From: Candidatus Parcubacteria bacterium
GTDB taxonomy: Bacteria; Patescibacteriota; Minisyncoccia; Phycocordibacterales; JAKAEA01
Length of the DNA: 64,000 nt
NCBI GenBank assembly: GCA_963806325.1
Contig: CAWDXL010000002.1
Coordinates: 250-64,249 of the forward strand
Reading direction: 5' to 3'
The notes under the pieces are model-generated. The model saw nothing but the letters and a program-made list of their open reading frames with translations. It searched no databases and was not told the DNA's origin. Of this stretch, positions 35,626 to 46,145 are shown in pieces; position 1 is the first letter of the stretch, and each line of letters opens with the position of its first letter. The position numbers and the translations under genes were made by a program.

Positions 35626-37239
35626 ATGAACCGACTTCGTGTTCTGTTGCATTCTATAACCTCTGAACAGATTATTTTTTTTCTGTCAGCTATCGCAGCG
35701 ATTATTGCGAGTACGTATTCCTATCAGCATGGCTGGATTGCAGCCTATGGGGATGCTGAATCACATCTGAATATTGCCAAAAGGGTCATTACGAGCCTTA
35801 CGCCGGGCTTTGCTCAGCTTGGCGGTATTTGGTTGCCGCTGCCGCACATGCTTCTTATCCCGTTTGTGTGGAATGATTTTTTGTGGAGAACAGGTCTTGC
35901 AGGGTCAATTGTCTCCGGAGCTTGCTATATCGTCAGCACTCTTTTTATTTATAAAATCGCTTTTCACCTTACAAAAAATCAGGGTGCAGGCCTCTGTGCC
36001 GCCTTTGTGTTTGCCTCAAACCCAAACATTCTCTACATGCAGACGACGCCGATGACAGAGCTCACACTCATTGTATTTTTTATTCTTTCAAGCTATTACT
36101 TCATTCTTTTTCTTGATACAGAGCAATTCTTTTATATCATTATTGCTGCTTTTTTTGGTTTTCTTGCATCACTGTCGCGCTATGACGGCTGGGGACTTGT
36201 TCTTATGGAAGCCTCTATTCTTTGTCTTTATTATTTTCCCTACACAATTGTTTGGAGGCATATGTCTCTTGTTAAGAAAGATCAGAAGAAAGATGTTGCA
36301 GCTGAATTTCGGCGTCTTGAGGGCCGTTTTATTCTATATTCGACTCTGGCTTTTTTCGGTATTGTGCTATGGCTGCTGTGGGATTTTTTGATTCTCGGCG
36401 ATCCTCTGTATTTTTCTCATAGCCAATTTTCTGCAAATTCTCAACAGCAAAGCTGGCTGACGAAAGGCGAGCTGCCGGCATATCACCACATGCTCACTTC
36501 CATTATCTATTACCTGTACACGAGCGTGGAAAATGCAGGGATTATCATTGCTGTGCTTGCCCTGATTGGACTCATTTTATTTCTTTTCTCGCAGCAGCAT
36601 CGCCACAAGTTTTACGTCCTTCTCGTGCTTGCCGTTCCTTTTATTTTTAATGTTGCCACCTTGTACCTTGGACAGTCCGTAATCTTTTTGCCGGGTCTTA
36701 CTCCCTCTACATTTGAATGGACACTTTTCAACGTTCGGTATGGCATCATGATGATCCCGTTTATTGCTATTTTTATAGGCTACCTTTTTTATTCGGTCAA
36801 TACGTTTGGCAAGGTGGTAGTGGCTATTCTTGTCATCATAGAACTTGCATTGTTTGGTTCTCATATTTCACACGTCATCACCCTTGATGATGGCGTCTAC
36901 GGGCTGTCATCAGGGATTGCCAGAGTTCCAGATGCCCAAAATTACATTAATGAGCATTATGATTATGGCTACGTTCTTGCCGATGATTATGCAAGAACAT
37001 TCAGTATTATCAGATCTCCGGTACCGATGCAGGATGTGATCTATGTCGGTAATAAGCCGTATTGGGAGGATTCTTTGGCGCATCCGGAGACATACGCCCG
37101 ATGGATTATCATGCAGCAAAATGATGCCGTATGGAATGCTATCTGGAATAATCCGGCCACGCAGGCCGAACTTTTTAAGTACTTCAACAAGGTGTATACC
37201 TCAAGCAACATTCTTATTTTTCGTAGAATTAGCCCATGA
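35626..37239 (+). CDS. polytopic membrane protein, GT-C (PMT/ArnT/YfhO-like) glycosyltransferase candidate
   Basis: 537 aa with about 12 hydrophobic segments and a soluble C-terminal part. Lies next to GtrA and the GT2. Confidence 0.5.
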   Translation: MNRLRVLLHSITSEQIIFFLSAIAAIIASTYSYQHGWIAAYGDAESHLNIAKRVITSLTPGFAQLGGIWLPLPHMLLIPFVWNDFLWRTGLAGSIVSGACYIVSTLFIYKIAFHLTKNQGAGLCAAFVFASNPNILYMQTTPMTELTLIVFFILSSYYFILFLDTEQFFYIIIAAFFGFLASLSRYDGWGLVLMEASILCLYYFPYTIVWRHMSLVKKDQKKDVAAEFRRLEGRFILYSTLAFFGIVLWLLWDFLILGDPLYFSHSQFSANSQQQSWLTKGELPAYHHMLTSIIYYLYTSVENAGIIIAVLALIGLILFLFSQQHRHKFYVLLVLAVPFIFNVATLYLGQSVIFLPGLTPSTFEWTLFNVRYGIMMIPFIAIFIGYLFYSVNTFGKVVVAILVIIELALFGSHISHVITLDDGVYGLSSGIARVPDAQNYINEHYDYGYVLADDYARTFSIIRSPVPMQDVIYVGNKPYWEDSLAHPETYARWIIMQQNDAVWNAIWNNPATQAELFKYFNKVYTSSNILIFRRISP

Positions 37240-38486
37240 AATATTTCGTCTATATTTTTTTTACTGTCTGGTCAATGGTTGCTGCAAAAGTTTTTCCACC
37301 TGCATCCTCTGATGTGCAGCCACATATGTTTGCGGTGCAATCCATTGATACAATGAAATATTCACGGGATCTCGCTCTTCAGGAATTGCACGATCCATCG
37401 TTTGACGCGACAATCAATGAAGAAATGGGCGATATTAAAGATGCCGGAGCAAACTATGTGGCGATTGACACGCCGTATGATGCACAATTTTCTCCGATGC
37501 TTGCCCGCTGGGTAAATGCTGCCCGATCACACGGTCTCTCGATATGGTTTCGCGGGAATTTTTCAGGGTGGGAAGGCTGGTTTAATTATGCGACCATTAC
37601 GCCGGCAGATCACGAAATGATGTTAAACCAGTTTATCTCAGCAAATTCTAACTTGTTTCAAAATGGTGATATTTTTACGCCATGCCCTGAATGTGAAAAT
37701 GGTGGCCCTGGTGATCCTCGCCAGACGGGCAACCCTACAGCCTACCGCGACTTTCTTATACGTGAATACAATGCTGCCGGGAATGATTTTAAAAAAATAG
37801 GTAAAAAAGTAACAATTTATAATTCAATGAATGCGGATGTAGCGGCATTTACTATAGATCCGCACACGGCAGCGGCGCTTGGAGGCACAATTCTCATTGA
37901 TCATTATGTATCTTCAGCTCATGAATTTGGATCTACAATCATGTCACTTGGCTCGACGAGCAAATCTCTGGTCGGTATCGGTGAGTTTGGAGCGCCAATT
38001 CCTGATTTGAACGGTCCTATGACGGAGGTCGAGCAGGCTGATTTTGTCGACAGCCTGCTCCGCCAAGCGTATCTTCAAACTACCAGGATCCCCAGTATGA
38101 ATTATTGGGTTCTCCAGGGCGGTTCTACAGCCCTGGTAAATGATGATGGTACTACCCGCGAAGCATATGGTACAGTGAAAAAATACTATACCGCTCCCTA
38201 TGTTGCTGGTGTTGTGAAAAATAATCTCGGTATACCGCTTGCAAATATTCCTATCGTTGTCGATAATATCCCGTACGTGCCCACGAATGATTCCGGACAA
38301 TATCAGATTTTTCTTCCCGACAGCACGACAACCGTCGTCATTGGCGGAAATGGTTTTATATCTACGACGACTGTTTTTGCAAAACCATCTGCTCCCATAC
38401 AGGCCTCTATAATCCTTAGTCCGCTTCGTCCCACAGCTTTGTATAAATTTTTGGTATGGCTGCACAATATTTTTAATCATTTCTGA
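37236..38486 (+). CDS. secreted protein, possible glycoside-hydrolase-like domain plus C-terminal carboxypeptidase-regulatory-like domain
   Basis: Signal peptide present. C-terminus VAGVVKNNLGIPLANIPIVVDNIPYVPTNDSGQYQIFLP is typical of CarboxypepD_reg-type beta sandwiches. ATGA start overlaps the upstream gene. Confidence 0.45.
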   Translation: MKYFVYIFFTVWSMVAAKVFPPASSDVQPHMFAVQSIDTMKYSRDLALQELHDPSFDATINEEMGDIKDAGANYVAIDTPYDAQFSPMLARWVNAARSHGLSIWFRGNFSGWEGWFNYATITPADHEMMLNQFISANSNLFQNGDIFTPCPECENGGPGDPRQTGNPTAYRDFLIREYNAAGNDFKKIGKKVTIYNSMNADVAAFTIDPHTAAALGGTILIDHYVSSAHEFGSTIMSLGSTSKSLVGIGEFGAPIPDLNGPMTEVEQADFVDSLLRQAYLQTTRIPSMNYWVLQGGSTALVNDDGTTREAYGTVKKYYTAPYVAGVVKNNLGIPLANIPIVVDNIPYVPTNDSGQYQIFLPDSTTTVVIGGNGFISTTTVFAKPSAPIQASIILSPLRPTALYKFLVWLHNIFNHF

Positions 38487-38579
38487 TCATACATGGGCTA
38501 GTTACTTTGTTCTTATCAAATCGTAGATATCTATGAAGATGGCGAAGAAAAATTAATTATATAACCACTAACATATCGC

Positions 38580-39791
38580 ATGAATCAGGAGGAACTTTGG
38601 ACGCTGGGGTTTAATACTATTAGAGAGCTTGAAACAGAACGGGGTATTTTGGCTTCGGGAAAAGAGGAAATATACGGATGTATTTTTGGCAGGGATTCCC
38701 TCATCACGGCGCTTAAGCTTTTAAAGACATATGAAAAAATTAACGATGGATATTTTCTGTCGCTTGTGAAAAAAATACTGGTTAATTTGGCGCGTTTACA
38801 GGGCCAAACTTCAATCATTGAAAGCGGTGAAGAACCTGGCAAAATTATTCACGAATTCCGGGAGCACAATCACGAACATCTAACAGGTCGAAAAAATCGG
38901 CCGTGGTATGTGTATCCCGACTCAACAATGAAAAATTATGACAGTGTAGACAGCACCCCGCTCTTTTTGATTGCTGTCTCAAAATATATAACATTGAGCG
39001 CTGATGAAACATTTCGGAATGAAATTATGCCATCCGTGGACAAAGCGCTCGGATGGCTGCGCGGAACTATCGCTGCTGATGAACGAGGGTTTGTGAGTTA
39101 TGTGTTCAATCCGGAAAGAAAGGGCGGGGGACTGTTTACTCAAAGCTGGATGGACAGCAGCGAGTCGATTTTTCACGAAGACGGTTCGCCGGTCTCATAT
39201 CCTATAGCGCCGGTTGAAGTGCAGGCCTATGCATATTTGGCACTCATCTTATGGAATTTTAGCGACGAAGCGGCAGCACTTAAAGAGCGATTCAGTCATT
39301 ATTTTGTTGTACCCGATGGTAAAAAATTAACTGTCGCGTTTGCTCTTGATGGATCGGGTAAACCAATGGAGTCGCTGCGCTCGAGTATCGGCCATATTCT
39401 GTGGGCTTCTGCCGGCCGCGATTCAATTCTTGATACTGCTTATATTCCAGATCTCGTTCGGCTTGTGCTGTCTCCTGATTTGTTTGAGCCGACTGCTGGC
39501 ATCCGAACACTTGGAAAACAGTCGCGCCATTTTGATCCGGCAAGCTACCACAACGGTTCTATTTGGCCCCATGATACAGCCATAATTGCTGAGGGTCTTG
39601 AAAATTTTGGGTACATGAGAGAAGCAGAAAGCGTGAGGCATGCCCTCAAACATTCATGGGAGCATTTCAAAACGCCGATTGAGTTGTTTGTGTTTCAGAA
39701 AGAAGGCTTTAGTGAATATCTTTCGGATACCGGACAAAAAGCATGTGTAAAACAGGCGTGGAGCGCGGCATCGATTTTGGCTGAACTATGA
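38580..39791 (+). CDS. amylo-alpha-1,6-glucosidase / glycogen-debranching-enzyme C-terminal-like (six-hairpin glycosidase)
   Basis: [16 protein letters not shown]...TQSWMDS...[17 protein letters not shown] pattern. Confidence 0.65.
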   Translation: MNQEELWTLGFNTIRELETERGILASGKEEIYGCIFGRDSLITALKLLKTYEKINDGYFLSLVKKILVNLARLQGQTSIIESGEEPGKIIHEFREHNHEHLTGRKNRPWYVYPDSTMKNYDSVDSTPLFLIAVSKYITLSADETFRNEIMPSVDKALGWLRGTIAADERGFVSYVFNPERKGGGLFTQSWMDSSESIFHEDGSPVSYPIAPVEVQAYAYLALILWNFSDEAAALKERFSHYFVVPDGKKLTVAFALDGSGKPMESLRSSIGHILWASAGRDSILDTAYIPDLVRLVLSPDLFEPTAGIRTLGKQSRHFDPASYHNGSIWPHDTAIIAEGLENFGYMREAESVRHALKHSWEHFKTPIELFVFQKEGFSEYLSDTGQKACVKQAWSAASILAEL

Positions 39792-40865
39792 TGCTTGCCT
39801 AGCCAATATTTCAGCGTATGCCCGCTCATATCCGTCGGCCATTTTCTTGGCGTTAAAATTTTTTAGTGCATGTCTGCGGCACTCTGCTCGGTCGATGGTG
39901 TCGATAATAACGACTGAGTCGATCATTTCTTCGATAGAATTGACGACAAATCCGGTTTTGCCGTGCACGATTATTTCCGGTATTGCTCCATAATTTGTGG
40001 CGACGACCGGACAGCCGCATGCCATTGCTTCAATGAGGGTTAGTCCGAAAGGCTCGCGCCATGTAATGGCATGGATAAAACACATAGCTCTGCTCATGAG
40101 CTTGTTGCGTTCCGCGGTATCCACCTCGCCGATCCAGGTTATTTTTTCTGAGAGATATGGTTCGACGTATGCTTCAAAATAAGGACGATCCACTTCATCA
40201 AGCTTGGCTGCAATGATGAGGGGTAAGTTCATATTGATCGCCAGCTCTATAGCGTTGTGAACCCCCTTTTCCATTGAAATGCGCCCCACAAAAAGAAGAT
40301 ACCCGTCATGTTCATTTGAAAAAGGATAGTGTTCAAGATCAAGCCCATTATAAATTGTTCCTATATAGTTGAGATTTGGCACGATAGCCTGAGCGTTGGA
40401 AATTGTGGCTATGTACGGTTTGTTGAGTTTGCGAAAAATATGCCGGTTTTCAACTGTAAAAGGCCCGTGGCAGGTGAGCAGCACCGGTGTTTTGGAGACA
40501 TTTGCGGTAGCTAGGCCTATATATGCATTATGATCATGAATAATGTCAAATTCATTTTGATGTGAATATGCTTCGCCTATATTAAAAAGTGTCCAAATAT
40601 TAAGTCCATAGATGTCTTTAAGTTTTGCTTCGCGCAAGCAGCGGGGGTACACAGAAAATAATTTTGCCGACGTGATGGAATCCCCGCTCGCAAACAATGT
40701 TACGTCGTGCCCGCGGCGCACCAGTTCTTCGGTCAAATCATACACAACACGCTCGGTACCCCCATATTTTTTTGGCGGCACACGTTCTACGATTGGAGCT
40801 ATCTGAGCAATCTTCATATCCCTTGTATGACGCAGCTCCTCAAAAAAATTTACCCATGAAAACAA
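39786..40865 (-). CDS. family 4 glycosyltransferase
   Basis: [10 protein letters not shown]...[20 protein letters not shown]...GKTGFVV motifs. Confidence 0.85.
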   Translation of the reverse strand: MFSWVNFFEELRHTRDMKIAQIAPIVERVPPKKYGGTERVVYDLTEELVRRGHDVTLFASGDSITSAKLFSVYPRCLREAKLKDIYGLNIWTLFNIGEAYSHQNEFDIIHDHNAYIGLATANVSKTPVLLTCHGPFTVENRHIFRKLNKPYIATISNAQAIVPNLNYIGTIYNGLDLEHYPFSNEHDGYLLFVGRISMEKGVHNAIELAINMNLPLIIAAKLDEVDRPYFEAYVEPYLSEKITWIGEVDTAERNKLMSRAMCFIHAITWREPFGLTLIEAMACGCPVVATNYGAIPEIIVHGKTGFVVNSIEEMIDSVVIIDTIDRAECRRHALKNFNAKKMADGYERAYAEILARQAS

Positions 40866-41031
40866 TTTTTTGATGTGACGTTATACGATCACGTTAGCCG
40901 CTAACATATTTATAATCCACGTGCACATCTCAAGGCCTCAATGAAAAGCCCGCCAGGAAACATGAAGTTTCTCTGGCGGACAAAGATTTTCGGACAAACC
41001 GAAGAAAGAACGGGGATGGCTGCTTGAACGA

Positions 41032-41826
41032 TCAGGGAGGGGTAGTCACGGTCGTGCTTTCGACAATGTTGATTTTTGAGAAACAGACACCATAGGGAAG
41101 TTTCCCGCCGGAAGTGAGAATCCGTTCATATCCGTGTCCAACACCGGCATTGCCTTGAATGCATGTGCCGGCTGTGGCATCAGTGCAGCCGAGAAGATAA
41201 ATGTCAACAGCTGCCGTGTCGGTGCGGGGCACGTTGATATTGTTGGCACCGTCACCTTCATAGATAATGCACGGGCCAGTGCCGGTAGTGATGCAATCAT
41301 CACCGGCAGAGCCAACGAAGGTGTCAAAACCCGAACCGCCGATGAAGGTCACGCCGACTTGCTGGCAGATGTTTGTGTAGAACTTGTTGAAGCCTGCACT
41401 CATATAATCGGTGCCGCAGCCCGCAATCGCCGTGACTGGTATCGTGGCGGTAGCGATATAGACATGGTCATTGCCGGCCGTCGGCTCCACGATCACGTTT
41501 GATCCATCGTCGAACCCCTTTGTGGTGTTGACGACAATCGTGTCGTTGCAGGATCCGCCGGTGATCTTGATGATCGCATCACCCCATGTGGCATAGGGGA
41601 TGCAGCGGCTCGTGCCATTGTCGACAACATTGATTTCGTGTCCGGCGAATATGACCGTCATGTCATTTGGTTTGCACGGGTTGCCGCAAATATTGATGAC
41701 CGGCGGAGGACAGGCAGGTGTGCCTGCGGAGAACATCTGGCGGCTCTCCAATGGTTCAATGGCGATAGGGCTAGGGGCATCATCATATAGACGCCGCTTA
41801 CGACTGGGCGGAAAAAAACGAATCAT
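41032..41826 (-). CDS. hypothetical secreted protein, GC-rich, Gly/Asp-rich repeats
   Basis: ATG 41826 is preceded by AAGGAG. The N-terminus MIRFFPPSRKRRLYDDAPSPIAIEPLESRQMFSAG has an RR...LExLExRxxxS motif. GGSGFDTFVGSAGDDCI is reminiscent of calcium-binding GGxGxD repeats. Confidence 0.6.
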   Translation of the reverse strand: MIRFFPPSRKRRLYDDAPSPIAIEPLESRQMFSAGTPACPPPVINICGNPCKPNDMTVIFAGHEINVVDNGTSRCIPYATWGDAIIKITGGSCNDTIVVNTTKGFDDGSNVIVEPTAGNDHVYIATATIPVTAIAGCGTDYMSAGFNKFYTNICQQVGVTFIGGSGFDTFVGSAGDDCITTGTGPCIIYEGDGANNINVPRTDTAAVDIYLLGCTDATAGTCIQGNAGVGHGYERILTSGGKLPYGVCFSKINIVESTTVTTPP

Positions 41827-41953
41827 ACAGCTCCTTGAAAAGAACAAAGACCACGGACTTGAAACATATCAAGCTCCTGGTACATGGTAGTCAAAATACC
41901 CGCCGTGTCAATTGACGGGCTGAATCATACATTCTTTTCTCTTTAGGCTTAGG

Positions 41954-42568
41954 CTAGTTTTTATATACCCACACGCGTGCCGACATGCCGCTCTTGAGCT
42001 CCGGATACCGGGCAGGATTGAAGCGTACATATATGCTAAATTCATTTGTCGGCCGCTGGTTGAAAATGTTGTTGGTGACGCTGGCTTCCGATGTTTGGCT
42101 GATCTCATCAACAATACCGTAGTATTCGTTGGATCCGAATGCGTCAACAGTAAACTTTGCTACATCGCCGACATGTATATCTTCAAGCCCTTTATCTTCA
42201 TCAAGATTTCCAACAACGCGCAATTGGGTCGGATCAATCATGGTGGCGACGACAGCCTGGCCGGCAAGCGGATTTTCAAATTGACCGATATTTTGGTTTA
42301 CAGAAACAATTAATCCGGCCACCTTTGCTTTTATAATTTGATCCCCAACGCGCGCGATCGGTTCGTTGGCGGTCACGGAGTCTCCGGCTTTTACAAATAC
42401 CTCCTGAAGTATATCCGAGTTTGCAGGGGAGAGGCTGATGATTGGAGCCTCAATAACAGATTTGTCTATATAAACATAGTGTGAGGATACGTAGAGATAT
42501 ATACCAAGCGCACATGCTCCGATCAAAATAATGCCAATAAACCAGATTAACGTCTTTTTTTGTTTCAT
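41954..42568 (-). CDS. HlyD-family periplasmic adaptor-like protein
   Basis: N-terminal TM helix, then a lipoyl-like segment (VFVKAGDSVTANEPIARV) and a beta-barrel segment. Confidence 0.55.
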   Translation of the reverse strand: MKQKKTLIWFIGIILIGACALGIYLYVSSHYVYIDKSVIEAPIISLSPANSDILQEVFVKAGDSVTANEPIARVGDQIIKAKVAGLIVSVNQNIGQFENPLAGQAVVATMIDPTQLRVVGNLDEDKGLEDIHVGDVAKFTVDAFGSNEYYGIVDEISQTSEASVTNNIFNQRPTNEFSIYVRFNPARYPELKSGMSARVWVYKN

Positions 42569-42572
42569 AATA

Positions 42573-44116
42573 TTAAAAATCAGTAATGTTATCTCCCGCA
42601 TTTAATCCCGAAACAACCTCGGTCATGTTGTCGCTTCCCGTAAGGCCAAGCATGACCTTTTGTCGAATAACTTTGCCATTGTTCTGAATAAGAACAATAT
42701 TTGTGCCGTTGTCGTCGAATACAAGGCGGGATGGTACTTCCACAACATTGTCGTGTTCGGCGGCTGTGATGGATACGTTGCCTGTCATGCCCGCGCGGAT
42801 TCTTTCATCAGGCTGGGTAAAATAAAGGGTTACGTGATAGGCGGGTGATCCATTCTCTATTGTTTCTGAGGTATCAACTGCAGTTACTTGGGCGGGGAAA
42901 ATCACACTGTTGCCATATGCATCAAGGGTAACTGTTGTCGTGGCGTTTGTCTGCACTTGCGAGACATCTGTTTCTGGGGCATACGCATCAATTTTCATTA
43001 TGCCGCTATTAATCACAGAAAGTACCGGAAACATCGGCTGATACGACCATACCTGGCTTGGCAGTTACGTTTCTTGAATGCCCGAAAATGGTGCTGTGAT
43101 TGTGGTGTTGTCATAATTTATCTGGGCTGCCTGAAGCGCTGCTTCGGCAGAATCAAGGCTTGCTTTGGCTGAATCAAGTGTGTCGGGAATAGCGGGGGCA
43201 ACTTGAACGGTGAGATTTGATTGAGCATCTTGAACAGTTTGGATACCAGAGGCAATAGCTGAGACGGCGTTTGCGGTCGACGCAGCAGTGGACGCTGCGG
43301 TGCTTGAGTAGGCATTCATAATGCTCTGATATTTTGGCTCATTGAGCGAAATTGAATTCACGACAGAAACAGGGTCAGATGTAAAATTTTGAATTTTTGC
43401 AAGATATGTTTGAGAAGTTGATGCCAGATCCTTTGCGTTGTCGAGTGATGATGATGCCTGCGCGATTGCGGTTTGCCATGCCGACAATGTAGTGCCAATA
43501 GCGGCACGTTCTGAATCGAGATTGAGATTTTTATTTTCATCCGATGCCGTCAGAGTAATTGGTAAACCTGTCGTTACGATCAACAAATATTCCGAATTGA
43601 GGAGAAAATGAATCAGCGTTGGTAAAAAATTGATCGGCGCTTGTATGAATTATATTATTTATTGCCGTGTACTGTGATTGATCAGGTTGGCAAGGTTTTG
43701 CTCGGCATTGGTGATTAATAGCTGGCTCGCGCTGATGCTTTCCGGGGTATCGGAACCATTGAGCACTTTGTCATAGTTTGCCTGGGCCACAGCTACAGTG
43801 CCTGCGCCTCGCTGAGTGCTGTTTGTCGGGCTGAATTATCAAGACTTGCAAGTGGCTGCCCTTCAGTGATGATTTGTCCTTCTTTTACATTCACCGCTGC
43901 TATTTTGCCTGATTCCTGAAAAGAAAGACCAACGCTGTTGCCTGAAGATACTGTTCCTGGGATATCTAAAAATGAAATAATATTACCGCGTGTGACCGTG
44001 TAAAAGCCAAGTGCAGGTTTGGTGTTTGAAAAAATGTCCAGATTTCGCCGCCAATAAAACAAGGCAACGATAAGTAAGACAAAAAAACGGATATGATTGA
44101 TAAAAAACTGTTTCAT
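42573..44116 (-). pseudogene. efflux periplasmic adaptor (HlyD/MacA-like) split into three ORFs
   Basis: 43793-44116 is the N-terminal TM plus lipoyl part (VNVKEGQIITEGQPLASL). 43065-43586 is coiled coil. 42573-43034 is the C-terminal barrel. The three are in different frames. Confidence 0.7.
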
Positions 44117-44164
44117 AAAATAATGTTAATACTATGACGATTATATAATGGATTGCTCATCATC

Positions 44165-44903
44165 TCAAACTTGGATTTTTTCAAAGAAATAACTGCCGAT
44201 CCACAAGAGCAGCGCCGCAGTGACCGCAAGTACCACTATGTCGCGTCCCAAACCCAAATCGTGATAGCCAATATCGGAAAGGGAACGCGCAGTCCGTCGA
44301 CACCATAGGTAAGCGGATCGATGCGTGAAATAACCGAAAGTTCGATTGGCAATCCCTGCAGTGGAAATAAAGCGCCGAAAGAAAGAACATCGGCTGTACA
44401 ATAAATTAAGGATAAGTGAAAAAGCTTATGTCATCAAGAAAGGAAGCGATGATGGTGCCGAAGGATGAAAAAATGAGGCGATAAAAAACATGATGAGTAT
44501 CGCAGGCAAAACCAGTGTCCAGCTCACCGGTCGAAAACCAAAGAAGAGAGAAATGATAAGCACGATGGTGCCTTGGATAGTGGCTACTGTTGCGCCGCCG
44601 AGCGTTCTGCCGAGCATGACGTCAAAACGCGACATGGGAGCTACTAATGTTTTAAGAAATCCAACTGCCGATCCCAGATGACCTCCATTCCCGTAAAAAT
44701 TGCCGTAAATATGATACTCATTCCTATAATGCCAGGCGCTAGATAATCGAGATAATTGCCTCCGGCTACCAAGAATGTATTGCCGAAGCCGTAGCCAAAC
44801 ATAAGGAGGAAAACAATAGGCTGAGCAAGTGTCCCACCATGCGCGCCCTCGATCGTATATATTTTTTGATTTGCCGGAGCCAAAGGTAATAAATCTTTTT
44901 CAT
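44165..44903 (-). pseudogene. ABC-2 type transporter permease with at least 3 frameshifts
   Basis: MKKIYYLWLRQIKKYIRSR (start 44903), then QPIVFLLMFGYGFG...LAPGIIGMSIIF...WDRQLDFLK and LGRTLGGATVATIQGTIVLIISLFFG, in other frames. Confidence 0.75.
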
Positions 44904-44917
44904 TAGATATTTAAATA

Positions 44918-45703
44918 TTATCGCCGCATCATGCGCTGCATTGAACGTGCGTGGTCTGAAGGGTCTGCTTCTTCTCCGCGAATATTCTTGCCGGTGAGCG
45001 CAAGGAACGCGTCATCAAGAAACGTAGTATTTGTCTGATGTTTAAGCTCTGCTGATGTACCCATCGCAACGATTTTTCCATGATCCATGATGGCAATACG
45101 GGTGGCGATTCTGTCTGCCTCTTCCATTTGATGCGTAGTAAGAAATACGGTCATTTTTTCGGTTTTGTTGAGATGCTGCAGGCGGTCCCACAGCAGACTT
45201 CGTGTCTGGGTATCAAGTCCTGTTGTCGGTTCGTCAAGAAAAAGGATTTTCGGCTCATGCAAAAGTCCACGGGCAATTTCAAGCCGGCGCTTCATTCCTC
45301 CGGAAAATGATTTAACAAAACTGTCTTTTCGTTCCCATAGATCGACAAATTTCAAAAGCTCCTCACTTCGCTGCCATCGGTCTTTGTCGGGTACATCGTA
45401 AAGCACGCCGTGCAAATCCATGTTTTCCCAGGCAGTCAGATCATCATCGAGGCTAGGATCTTGAAAAACAATACCGAATGTCCGGCGCGCTGCCTCGGGA
45501 TCTTTTACGGGATCTATATTGTCGAGCATGACAGAGCCTGAAGTGGGGTGGAGGAGCGTCGTAAGCATTTTTATAGTTGTACTTTTTCCCGCGCCGTTTG
45601 GTCCAAGAAATGCAAATACCTCTCCATCATTTACGGTAAAAGAAACATTATCTACTGCTACAAAGTCGCCATATTTTTTAGTGAGATTGCTTACTTGAAT
45701 CAT
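44918..45703 (-). CDS. ABC transporter ATP-binding protein (DrrA-like)
   Basis: Walker A GPNGAGKSTT, signature FSGGMKRRLEIA, Walker B ILFLDEPT. Confidence 0.9.
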   Translation of the reverse strand: MIQVSNLTKKYGDFVAVDNVSFTVNDGEVFAFLGPNGAGKSTTIKMLTTLLHPTSGSVMLDNIDPVKDPEAARRTFGIVFQDPSLDDDLTAWENMDLHGVLYDVPDKDRWQRSEELLKFVDLWERKDSFVKSFSGGMKRRLEIARGLLHEPKILFLDEPTTGLDTQTRSLLWDRLQHLNKTEKMTVFLTTHQMEEADRIATRIAIMDHGKIVAMGTSAELKHQTNTTFLDDAFLALTGKNIRGEEADPSDHARSMQRMMRR

Positions 45704-45809
45704 GTGACTGTATTATAGTCTTTTTTAATTTTTTTAAAAAGTATTTTGTTGAGCTTCAATTTTCCAATTTCAATCAATTCATATACATAAAAAACTCAAC
45801 CAATAAAAA

Positions 45810-45906
45810 GGACCGCTTCCGGGGGGAAGAAGCGGTCCGAGGGCGGCCCATTGGGGGGAGATGGGCCAGGGCTGTGGTCCTAGTGGGGAAGGGGGTCTAG
45901 GACCAG
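45810..45906 (-). ncRNA. three tandem GC-stem hairpins with conserved C-rich loops; the last doubles as a terminator
   Basis: Minus-strand loops are ACCCCCUUCCCCA, CUCCCCCCA and UUCCCCCCG on unrelated stems (GGTCCTAG, GGCCCAT, GGACCGCTTC), joined by similar 6-nt linkers. The last hairpin is followed by UUUUUAUU. Confidence 0.45.
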
Positions 45907-45964
45907 TGGGATCAGAATGATGAACAACGGTCTATACACCATACTAGTCTAATTGCTGGAAATG

Positions 45965-46066
45965 TCAAGAAGCTCTCATTTTCTCCAAGGCTTTGTCTTT
46001 TATCTTCCGAATCTCTTCAGGAGTCATGTTAAATTCTGATTTTTTAAGGTCACCAGGAATATCCAT
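45965..46066 (-). CDS. 33-codon ORF resembling the sigma-70 region 4.2 recognition helix
   Basis: MDIPGDLKKSEFNMTPEEIRKIKDKALEKMRAS. The segment TPEEIRKIKDKALEKMR compares with the rpoD C-terminus in this window, [23 protein letters not shown] lies 4 nt upstream of the ATG. Confidence 0.3.
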   Translation of the reverse strand: MDIPGDLKKSEFNMTPEEIRKIKDKALEKMRAS

Positions 46067-46069
46067 GGC

Positions 46070-46122
46070 TGTCTCCAGACAAAGAGCCGTTGTCTAGACA
46101 ATGTAGACTGTCTACTTGTCTC
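46070..46122. promoter_or_regulatory. three adjacent palindromes sharing TGTCT/AGACA half-sites (operator-like)
   Basis: TGTCTCCAGACA (46070-46081), TTGTCTAGACAA (46090-46101) and GTAGACTGTCTAC (46103-46115), plus the half-site TTGTCTC. Confidence 0.5.
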
Positions 46123-46145
46123 ATGCATCAAAATTTACTTTTAAT

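Noticed and set aside
45810-45906. CsrB/RsmZ-like CsrA sponge read on the plus strand (G-rich loops containing GGA)
   Set aside because: The plus orientation has no convincing promoter upstream and no U-run after the last hairpin. The minus orientation has a promoter, and a hairpin followed by a U-run. The minus-strand reading was therefore preferred, though the plus-strand reading is not excluded.
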